A stretch of 64,000 nucleotides of DNA from Myxococcales bacterium (GTDB lineage Bacteria > Myxococcota_A > Polyangia > Polyangiales > DASUME01), in NCBI GenBank assembly GCA_047601445.1, contig JASGJH010000001.1:4352001-4416000 (forward strand). Reading direction: 5' to 3'. Of the stretch, positions 20,230-28,163 are shown in pieces (the first letter of the stretch is position 1; each line of letters begins with the position of its first letter). The translations under genes were made by a program, and so were the position numbers. Under the pieces are notes generated by a model that saw only the letters and a program-made list of their open reading frames with translations, ran no database searches and was not told the origin of the DNA.

Positions 20230-20921
20230 CCTAGTCGCTCCCAGTAGGAACTCTTCGCAGCGTAGCGAGGCAGGCGCGACGCGAATCTGCCCAACCAGTT
20301 GACCCAGCTTTCCGAATACGGACGGTCGAGAAGTTCGAGCAGCATCTCTTGGCCGCCGATCCGTTTAGGCATTTCTTCGCTGCGATGCAGACGGCATGGC
20401 TTAGGGAAGTGCTGCGAATGAGCGCAGAACTTCCTGGGACAAGCAGGCCGAACCGCAGCGACGGATCGAACGATTGACCATCCATCCGAGTCTCCTGCGA
20501 CCAAGCAATTGCGTCGACGACGTTACCGCCGGCAAGCCTTCCTGCAACAATTGCCATCACCCCCTCTTGAATGAGACGACCTCTGAGTCTGCAGAACGAC
20601 ACTTCCTCGGAGACCGCTTAGTCACTTCTTTGGCCCGCAACAACTTCCGCGCCGCCGCCAGAGATGCACGTTCATGCGACTCGTCGGAGTGGATGCTGTT
20701 TTCGTTGCTTGAGTTGCGAAGTGCTTCTTGCTTTCGTTGAGGCATCGCTATAAATGGTGACTCATGCTGACTAGCAGGAGATGTCCTTCCAGGACTGATC
20801 CCTAGGCGGGGCGCCGCACCACCAGTTCGATGGTGTCGTGTCACGCACTTCTCTCTGCACGGTCTGACGCAGTTCCAATCGATGTGCTTTGTCATCAACA
20901 GCAAACCACGGTATCGGACGC

Positions 20922-22184
20922 ATGACAGATCTGACGGAGTTCCTGGATTTGCTCGCAGGTGATCCCCGGCTGCGCTCGGAGTTCGCCGCGGCACCGGCCG
21001 CGACACTCGCGCGCGCTGGTGTGAACACCGAAGGGCTCGAGCTTCCAGAACGCATGGATCTCGGGGATCTGGAAGAGCGCCTGAGCACGCTCGCTGAGGT
21101 TAGCGAAACCAGCCCGGTTGTCGCCGCAGCGTCGAGCGGCTTGCACACGCCGGTCTGGTCGGGCGCCGCCGCAGAGACAGCAGTTCCCGAAGCCTCACGG
21201 CGCCGGTTGCGCCGCGGGCGGCCGCTTCCTGGCATACATTGTCCGTCAAGACTCGAGAGCCGCCGTGAGGACGACTCGCGGGAGGCCGACGGTTCCTCCA
21301 ACCGTGGTGTCTCTCCTTTCAGGGGCGACGGTGAGGTCAAGAATCACCGCGCGGACGCCGGCCGAAAGCCATCAAAGGTCGAGAAGACTGCGGTCACCGA
21401 GGCGACGCCGTCGCTCAAGGGCGCATCGGAGGCCCCCCTGCCGGGCGCGTGGTTCGCGACGAACGGCACCGCGATCAGTCGCGCGCTCAGCATTCGTCCG
21501 CAGGGAGTCTCGATGGTGTCCGAGGCAATCTTCGGTCAGGACGATCGGCAGCACGTCCCCGATGCTTCAGCGCCACCCTACAGCTGGTTGTGCGCGCTCG
21601 TGATCACCGCTGGCAATGGTACCCGCTGGTTCGGCACCGGCTGGCTCGCAGGGCCGCGGCTCGTCGTCACTGCCGGACATTGTGTCTTCATGCCGACGCA
21701 GGGTGGGTGGGCTCGCGAGATCACGGTTCTGCCGGGTAGAAATGGCGCTTTGACCGAGCCGCGTATCCGCGCAAGCCAGTTTCACTCCGTGGAAGGCTGG
21801 GTAGTCAATGGACGGTCCGAGGTCGACTACGGAGCCATCGTACTGCCCGAGGGCTCGCTCGCGGCTGACTGGGGCTACTTCGGCTACGGCGCGCTCGACG
21901 ATGGCGAGCTGCTTGAGTCGCTTTTCAACATAGCCGGATATCCGATCGACAAGGAGCAGGGAACGCTGTGGGCTCAGGTCAACAATCTTCTGACGCTTTC
22001 AGGGGAAGTACTGATCTACGAGAATGACACCTACGGCGGCATGAGCGGATGTCCCGTCATTCGGTGGGACGAGTTGGACTACGTAGCTGTCGGAATCCAC
22101 AACTACGGTGACCTCGTAGGCAACCGCGCAACACGCATCAATCAATCCGTCTTCGACAACATCAATTTCTGGAAGACCTTGTGA
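20922..22184 (+). CDS. Trypsin-fold serine protease (V8/glutamyl endopeptidase-like) with NHLP-leader-like N-terminal domain
   Basis: Catalytic motifs TAGHC, DYGAI, DTYGGMSG; mature-start-like SE/AIFGQDDR. N-terminus LDLLAGDPRLRSEFAAAPAATLARAGV resembles NHLP-clan leaders. No signal peptide evident. Confidence 0.88.
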   Translation: MTDLTEFLDLLAGDPRLRSEFAAAPAATLARAGVNTEGLELPERMDLGDLEERLSTLAEVSETSPVVAAASSGLHTPVWSGAAAETAVPEASRRRLRRGRPLPGIHCPSRLESRREDDSREADGSSNRGVSPFRGDGEVKNHRADAGRKPSKVEKTAVTEATPSLKGASEAPLPGAWFATNGTAISRALSIRPQGVSMVSEAIFGQDDRQHVPDASAPPYSWLCALVITAGNGTRWFGTGWLAGPRLVVTAGHCVFMPTQGGWAREITVLPGRNGALTEPRIRASQFHSVEGWVVNGRSEVDYGAIVLPEGSLAADWGYFGYGALDDGELLESLFNIAGYPIDKEQGTLWAQVNNLLTLSGEVLIYENDTYGGMSGCPVIRWDELDYVAVGIHNYGDLVGNRATRINQSVFDNINFWKTL

Positions 22185-22197
22185 CAAGGAGCGGCCT

Positions 22198-23040
22198 GTG
22201 AACATTTACATTTGGGATGACGACACCACCGCAACCTCCACGCCCGAAGCTGGCTCGCTCAAAGCCACGCCCAACAGCGCGATGGCGACTGTCGCAGGCA
22301 CGATCGCCCGCCCAGGAGGGAGCGCAGCGTTCCTCGACATCCACTACCACGGAAAGGAAGGCATCTCCTCGCTGCCCTCGGCCACTGGTGCGGTCGCACG
22401 CCCGGGAGGCAGCGCGGCGTTCCTCGACATCCACTACCACGGAAAGGAAGGCATCTCCTCGCTGCCTGCGGCTGCGGCACGCCCAGAGGCCGGCGCAGCA
22501 GTCTCTGCCAGCAGCCTGGGCCGCGCAGCGGTCGCTGCACCGATACGCCCGGGAGGCAGCGCGGCGTTCCTCGACATCCACTACCACGGAAAGGAAGGCA
22601 TCTCCTCGCTGCCCTCGGCCACTGGTGCGGTCGCACGCCCGGGAGGCAGCGCGGCGTTCCTCGACATCCACTACCACGGAAAGGAAGGCATCTCCTCGCT
22701 GCCTGCGGCTACGGCACGCCCAGAGGCCGGCGCAGCAGTCTCTGCCAGCAGCCTGGGCCGCGCAGCGGTCGCTGCACCGACACGCCCGGGAGGCAGCGCG
22801 GCGTTCCTCGACATCCACTACCACGGAAAGGAAGGCATCTCCTCGCTGCCCTCGGCCACTGGTGCGGTCGCACGCCCGGGAGGCAGCGCGGCGTTCCTCG
22901 ACATCCACTACCACGGAAAGGAAGGCATCTCCTCGCTGCCTGCGGCTACGGCACGCCCAGAGGCCGGCGCGGACACCGGTGAGCCGTCCTCCGGCTCGCT
23001 ACACATCGGCGCGTCCCTCGACATTCATTTCGTGGGTTGA
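22198..23040 (+). CDS. Putative multi-core RiPP precursor peptide (280 aa, six identical cassettes)
   Basis: AAGGAG RBS then GTG; six copies of RPGGSAAFLDIHYHGKEGISSLP plus terminal ASLDIHFVG; its stop overlaps the start of the next radical SAM gene. Confidence 0.85.
   Translation: MNIYIWDDDTTATSTPEAGSLKATPNSAMATVAGTIARPGGSAAFLDIHYHGKEGISSLPSATGAVARPGGSAAFLDIHYHGKEGISSLPAAAARPEAGAAVSASSLGRAAVAAPIRPGGSAAFLDIHYHGKEGISSLPSATGAVARPGGSAAFLDIHYHGKEGISSLPAATARPEAGAAVSASSLGRAAVAAPTRPGGSAAFLDIHYHGKEGISSLPSATGAVARPGGSAAFLDIHYHGKEGISSLPAATARPEAGADTGEPSSGSLHIGASLDIHFVG
22309..22971 (+). repeat. Hierarchical tandem repeat: 237-bp unit, about 2.8 copies, each with two 69-bp cassettes 90 bp apart
   Basis: Cassette starts at 22309, 22399, 22546, 22636, 22783 and 22873. 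Confidence 0.97.
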
Positions 23041-25046
23041 TCGTGGCGGCGCCGACGATTGCGCTCGTCAGCATGCCGTTCAATGTCACCGTCATGCCGC
23101 CGATCGGGCTTGGAACCCTTAGCGCAATATTGCGTGAGGCTGGCCTGCCCTGCACGACATATCACCAGAACCTCGAGCTGCTACCGTGGCTTGGGGTGCC
23201 TCTCAATGAGGCTTCGGAGATCTTTGATGAGATCAGCTATCTGTGGGACTTCTTGCCTGGAGAATGGCTATTCTCGCCGCAGGTCTCGGCTGAACAGGAC
23301 GCCGCATACCTGCGGTCGCTCGACGAGGACGCCGGCGTGCGCCCGCAGCTCATCGAAGTTCTTGCCCAGCTGCGCAGGATCGCTCCGCATTTCATCGCGC
23401 GCTGCGCAAGCCAGATCGCTGACGCTGGGCATGACATCGTCGGCTTCACGAGCTCATTCATGCAGACCCAGCCGAGCCTCGCAGTGGCCCGGCACCTCAA
23501 GCAGCTGCGGCCGGAAGTAACGATCCTCTTTGGCGGCTCCAATGCCTTTGGGACCATGGGCCGCGCCGTGCTCGAATACTGCGATGCCATCGATGTGGTC
23601 GCCCACGGTGAAGCCGACCGCCTAATCGTCCCACTTGTGCACGCCTTGCGCGAAGGCACCAGCCTGCGGCAGCTACAAGGCATCTCCTATCGCGACGTCT
23701 CGGGCATCGTCGACCAGTCCGTCGACTCGACGCGCGTGGCGATGGACGACCTACCGGTCCCTGATTTCGATGACTACTTTTGCACTCTCGATCGGCTACG
23801 GAGAGACCATCGCCAGCCGCTGGATCTCCCGCGCTTCGTGCCCATCGAGACCGCACGCGGATGCTGGTGGGGCGAACGATCGCATTGCACCTTCTGCGGC
23901 CTCAACGCTGACCGCATGCGGTTCCGATCCAAATCGCCCGAGCGTGCGCTGCATGACTTCCGCGACCTCTACCGTCGATACGGGGTCGGCAACTTTTTCG
24001 CTGTCGACAACATCATTGATCACAAGTATTTCGACACTGTCCTCGCGAGTCTCGCCGAACAGCGTGAGCGCTTCTTCATCCACTACGAGATCAAGGCAAA
24101 CCTCTCGCGCAAGCAGGTCGAGTCGCTGTACGCAGCAGGGGTTCACAAGATCCAGCCGGGAATCGAGAGCCTGTCCACACCGGTGCTCAAGCTCATGCGC
24201 AAGGGTATCACTGCCCTGCAGAACATCCAGACGCTCCGCTGGCTCACGGAGCACGGCCTGCGGACCTCCTGGTACATGCTGTATGGCTTCCCCGGCGAGA
24301 ATCTAGCCGCGTACAAGGAGGTCGCGAATCTCCTGCCGCGCCTCACGCATATCGTACCGCCAAATGAGCTAGCGCCGGTCTACATCGAGCGCTTCAGCCC
24401 ATACCAGATGAGACCAGACCAGTACGGGATCCGGCTGACCGGTCCGGCGCGGTGGTATCGGCATGCCTTCCCCGGCATCGGTGACGATCAGCTCGCCGAG
24501 TTAGCCTATCGCTTTGAATACGAGGAGCCGGGCCGTGATCCCGCGCTCACCCGCTTCATCGAGCACGAGCTGCGGCCATTGCTGACCGCGTGGCAACGGC
24601 GCTACGCCGCTGAAGGGCCCACACTTGGCGTCATCCACGGCCCCGAAGAGTCGCTGCTGGTGCTAGGCCGCCTCACAAATCCGATTCGGGTGTTGCGGCT
24701 GGACGCACCCGTCGCTGCGGTGCTGCGGGCAGCGGATCAAATCGTCTCCGCAACGACGCTCGACAAACTCGGCGACGGCCCGGTCGGCGCAGTTAACGGT
24801 CCGATGCTTGACGAGGCTGACTACCATGTCGCGGTGCGGCGTCTCGCCGGCCGGGGCTTGTCCCTGGAAACGTCGACGCCAACGCCACTAGACCTGCGAG
24901 GCGCGGCACTGGTAGCGAAACTTGAGACACTAGGGCTTGTGTTGCAAGAGGGTAACCGAGTGCTGTCGCTTCCAATCAATTTGTCCCGCGTCGTCGAGCG
25001 CCAGAACGCGGCCGCGGTGCCGTTGGTGTCCAGTGCTGCCTACTAG
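23037..25046 (+). CDS. RiPP maturation B12-dependent radical SAM C-methyltransferase (TIGR03975/PoyB-PoyC-like)
   Basis: LVSMPF...PPIGLGTL, GEWLFS, VGFTSSFMQ, FGGSN, GEAD, ETARGCWWGERSHCTFCGLN (Cx7Cx2C), VDNI, IQPGIESL, ERFSP. Confidence 0.93.
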   Translation: MIVAAPTIALVSMPFNVTVMPPIGLGTLSAILREAGLPCTTYHQNLELLPWLGVPLNEASEIFDEISYLWDFLPGEWLFSPQVSAEQDAAYLRSLDEDAGVRPQLIEVLAQLRRIAPHFIARCASQIADAGHDIVGFTSSFMQTQPSLAVARHLKQLRPEVTILFGGSNAFGTMGRAVLEYCDAIDVVAHGEADRLIVPLVHALREGTSLRQLQGISYRDVSGIVDQSVDSTRVAMDDLPVPDFDDYFCTLDRLRRDHRQPLDLPRFVPIETARGCWWGERSHCTFCGLNADRMRFRSKSPERALHDFRDLYRRYGVGNFFAVDNIIDHKYFDTVLASLAEQRERFFIHYEIKANLSRKQVESLYAAGVHKIQPGIESLSTPVLKLMRKGITALQNIQTLRWLTEHGLRTSWYMLYGFPGENLAAYKEVANLLPRLTHIVPPNELAPVYIERFSPYQMRPDQYGIRLTGPARWYRHAFPGIGDDQLAELAYRFEYEEPGRDPALTRFIEHELRPLLTAWQRRYAAEGPTLGVIHGPEESLLVLGRLTNPIRVLRLDAPVAAVLRAADQIVSATTLDKLGDGPVGAVNGPMLDEADYHVAVRRLAGRGLSLETSTPTPLDLRGAALVAKLETLGLVLQEGNRVLSLPINLSRVVERQNAAAVPLVSSAAY

Positions 25047-27006
25047 TGCCCATAGCCTGCGGGTCGCGCTGGTCGAGATGCCGTTCGGGCCCGTGGCATG
25101 GCCGTCGATAGGCACCTCGGTACTCAAGCCGCAGCTGGCGCGGCGCGGCCACCGCGCCGAAGTTGTGTACCTCAACCAACTCATGCTCGAGCTCCTTGGG
25201 CCGCCGGACTCGGACACGGTTGGGCGATACCAGGCTATCTCAGACGCGTTCGGTGTTCATCTCGGCGAGTGGGTATTCGCCCGTGCCGCGTTCCCCGACT
25301 GCCGAGACCAGGCGGCACTCGATGACGAGTACCTCTCGCGGCTACGGACCGGCGGTTTCGATGCGGCGACGTTGTCGGCAGCCCTCGACCTTCGCGACCG
25401 CGCTGATGAGTTTCTGACCCGATGCCTTGCCGAAGTGCCGTGGTCCGACCTCGACGTAGTCGGCTTTGCCAACTCCTACTCTCAGCTCAACGCATCGCTA
25501 GCGCTCGCGCGACTGCTGAGCATGAGCTTCCCCGCGCTGCGCCTCATCATCGGCGGCTGCGGCTGCGCCGACGTCATGGGTGTGGCCACGTTGCGCGTAT
25601 GCGAGCACCTGTGCGCCGCAGTGCTGGGCGAAGGCGACGAGATCATCGCCGACCTCGCGGAGGCGGTCGTCAGCAACGACGAGGCGCGACTGCGCGCGAT
25701 ACCGGGCATCGCGTTTCGAAGTCACACCGGCAAGATTGAGCTCGGTGCACCTCAACGCCGCGTCACGGATCTCGACGCGCTCCCGGTGCCCGACTATAGC
25801 GATTACAGCCGCAATCTTGCGCCCGCACTCCGAACGTTCCTGCCTTTCTACATTCCCGTCGAGGCATCGCGCGGCTGCTGGTGGGGTGCGAAGCACCATT
25901 GCACATTTTGCGGACTCAACCCGCAGCGCATCTCCTACGCGCGTAAGGAACCGGCCCGTTTTCTCGCCGAGATCGCGACGCTTACGGCAACCTACCAGCC
26001 GCGCCGCTTTATGGCAGTCGACAACATCATGCCGCACGACTACCACACCGCGGTCATCCCAGAGCTGACTGAAAGCTCTGGAGGAGCCGAGTTCTTCTTC
26101 GAAGTGAAAGCCAACTTTCGCCGCGAGCAGCTCGAGGCTTTCACCCGCGCCAACGTGCGACAGATCCAACCCGGCATCGAAAGCCTGCGCACCCCGGTGC
26201 TGAAGCTGATGGAAAAGGGCACGACGGCGATCGCCAACGTCTACACGCTGCGTTTGTGCGAAGACCTCGGTGTGCGTGCCCACTGGTCTATCCTCTTCGG
26301 CTTCGCTGGCGAGACCCTCGACGACTACCGTGTCTCGAGTGAGCTCACCAGGCGCATTATGCATCTGCGGCCGCCGCTGGCGCTGGTGCCGGTTGAAGTC
26401 GAGCGCTTCTCACCGATGTACCGACGACCCGCCGAGCATGGGCTCACCGGTCTACGCCCCTCGACTTGGTACTACTTCTGTCACCCCGTCTCAGCGGAGG
26501 TGCTGGCAGACTTATCCTATCGCTTCGTCGCCGACTTCGTCGGCCGTCCGGCAGAGCTATCAAGCTCCATTACTACGATGCTGGAGCCGCTCGTAGAGCG
26601 TTGGCGAGCAAGCTACGGCGACGGTGCCCAGGCCCTGTGGACGCCGGCCGGGCGGAACCACGAGGTACGGCGCCGGGTCGGTGGCGAGGAATGGCGTTAC
26701 ATTCTCGACACGGTGTGTACGGCGCTGCTCGATGAACTGGACGAGCCGCGCGGCCTACGCGCCCTTTTCCCCCAAGCCGCGACCACCCTTCACGAACCGT
26801 ATCTCGATCCCGAGTTTCTGCGTACGGCCTCGTCAGCGATGTACGAGCGCGAGGTCACTCTGCGCGCCTCTTCGAAGGTTGACGCATACCAGCAGCTCCT
26901 ACGTCACGGACTGATCGTCCAGGAAAGCGGCCACGCGGTTAGTGTCGTTTGCCGGCGGAAGCCCTCTGCGCGGCGCGAGCTGCGCGTGCTCGCCGCAGAA
27001 CCGTAA
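25033..27006 (+). CDS. Second RiPP maturation B12-dependent radical SAM C-methyltransferase
   Basis: LVEMPF..WPSIG, GEWVFA, EASRGCWWGAKHHCTFCGLN, VDNI, IQPGIESL, ERFSP. Probable GTG start at 25033 overlaps the previous gene. Confidence 0.92.
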   Translation: MLPTSAHSLRVALVEMPFGPVAWPSIGTSVLKPQLARRGHRAEVVYLNQLMLELLGPPDSDTVGRYQAISDAFGVHLGEWVFARAAFPDCRDQAALDDEYLSRLRTGGFDAATLSAALDLRDRADEFLTRCLAEVPWSDLDVVGFANSYSQLNASLALARLLSMSFPALRLIIGGCGCADVMGVATLRVCEHLCAAVLGEGDEIIADLAEAVVSNDEARLRAIPGIAFRSHTGKIELGAPQRRVTDLDALPVPDYSDYSRNLAPALRTFLPFYIPVEASRGCWWGAKHHCTFCGLNPQRISYARKEPARFLAEIATLTATYQPRRFMAVDNIMPHDYHTAVIPELTESSGGAEFFFEVKANFRREQLEAFTRANVRQIQPGIESLRTPVLKLMEKGTTAIANVYTLRLCEDLGVRAHWSILFGFAGETLDDYRVSSELTRRIMHLRPPLALVPVEVERFSPMYRRPAEHGLTGLRPSTWYYFCHPVSAEVLADLSYRFVADFVGRPAELSSSITTMLEPLVERWRASYGDGAQALWTPAGRNHEVRRRVGGEEWRYILDTVCTALLDELDEPRGLRALFPQAATTLHEPYLDPEFLRTASSAMYEREVTLRASSKVDAYQQLLRHGLIVQESGHAVSVVCRRKPSARRELRVLAAEP

Positions 27007-27020
27007 CTCAGGAGGTAACG

Positions 27021-28079
27021 ATGGAGTCCGCAGTCCTTCTCACCACGATGCGCTGCAACATTCGCTGCGAGCACTGCTCGGTCGATTCCCACCCACACAG
27101 ACAGGAGCGCCTCGATCAGGCGCGCGCCCTCTCGCTCGTCGACGGCCTCAGCCGCATTCCTGGCCTCCGCTACATCGACGTAACCGGCGGCGAACCCATG
27201 CTCCACGCTGACGACGTCATTGCCATCGCTCGCGCAGCCCGCGCCCGTGGCAAGGCCGTTCGCCTGGTCAGCAACGGGTTTTGGGCCCACACGGTCGAGC
27301 GCGCCCGGGACACGCTGGTTGCTCTCAAGAATGCCGGGGTAACGTCAGTCGGACTGTCCGTCGACGAGTGGCACCTGCCCTTCATTCCACCGTCGACGAT
27401 TCACAACTACCTCGTTGCCTGCCGCGACGTTGGTCTCCTCCCCCTCCTCTCGTGCGTAGTCGCCGCCAGCGTGGGCGACGGAGATTGGCCGGCGAAGGTG
27501 ATCGAACTGCTTGCCCGTTACGGGATCGAACGCAGTTCCTGCGTCGAGCTGTACGCCTGGAGCCAGGGGCGCGAGTCCGACGCCGACGAGCGGGATGCGC
27601 GGGCCGGCGTAGTCCTCATCAACTGGCAGTTCCTTACGGGCGAGGGCCGCGCCCGCGACCTCGGTGTCCCGTCCCAGCCCATCAATGTTGCGCCAGACGA
27701 GCCGTGCCGCATGGCCGGCCGCCTCCCAACCATCGACGAGGCCGGTCGGCTCTTCCCCTGCTGCTCGCCATGGATTTCGCGCAAAGCCCACGCCCTCGCC
27801 GTCGTTACCGGCGACGATGTGCCGAGCGCCGTCGCCGCCATGCAACGCGAGCCCCTCGTCCAGGTCATCCATCGCATCGGTCCGCGCGCCATGCTCGAAG
27901 AGCTTCGTCGTCGAGGTTGGGCCCTCCCACACAACCAATCCGGCATTTGCAACCAGTGCGGCGTCATGCTCGACGCCGTCCCGCTCGCCGTCCTTCGCGA
28001 GGTCGCCGCCGAGCTCCTCCACGCCCGCGTCACGGTTGCCCTTGGCCTCCAGCCACGCACCAACCCGCCCCGCGCCTAA
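27021..28079 (+). CDS. Radical SAM protein, YydG/EpeE-like peptide epimerase candidate
   Basis: AGGAGG RBS; CNIRCEHC, TGGEP, SNGFWA, LSVDEWH, FPCCSP and C-terminal ICNQC. Radical SAM assignment is secure; epimerase function is inferred. Confidence 0.85.
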   Translation: MESAVLLTTMRCNIRCEHCSVDSHPHRQERLDQARALSLVDGLSRIPGLRYIDVTGGEPMLHADDVIAIARAARARGKAVRLVSNGFWAHTVERARDTLVALKNAGVTSVGLSVDEWHLPFIPPSTIHNYLVACRDVGLLPLLSCVVAASVGDGDWPAKVIELLARYGIERSSCVELYAWSQGRESDADERDARAGVVLINWQFLTGEGRARDLGVPSQPINVAPDEPCRMAGRLPTIDEAGRLFPCCSPWISRKAHALAVVTGDDVPSAVAAMQREPLVQVIHRIGPRAMLEELRRRGWALPHNQSGICNQCGVMLDAVPLAVLREVAAELLHARVTVALGLQPRTNPPRA

Positions 28080-28163
28080 TCACAAAAGGCTCGAACCAAG
28101 AATTCACCCTGGCGGACCGCTTCAGGCCAAAGCGCGTCCCCCTTGGCGCGCTGACCATGGAGC

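Noticed and set aside
20230..20920. Short ORFs and a sigma-70-like promoter upstream of the RiPP operon
   Set aside because: No ORF has convincing composition or an RBS; the TTGCTT/TATAAA spacing (15 bp) is non-canonical.
22309..22971. Repeat array as a CRISPR array
   Set aside because: The spacers are themselves repeated, all periods are multiples of three within an ORF that has an RBS, and there are no cas genes.
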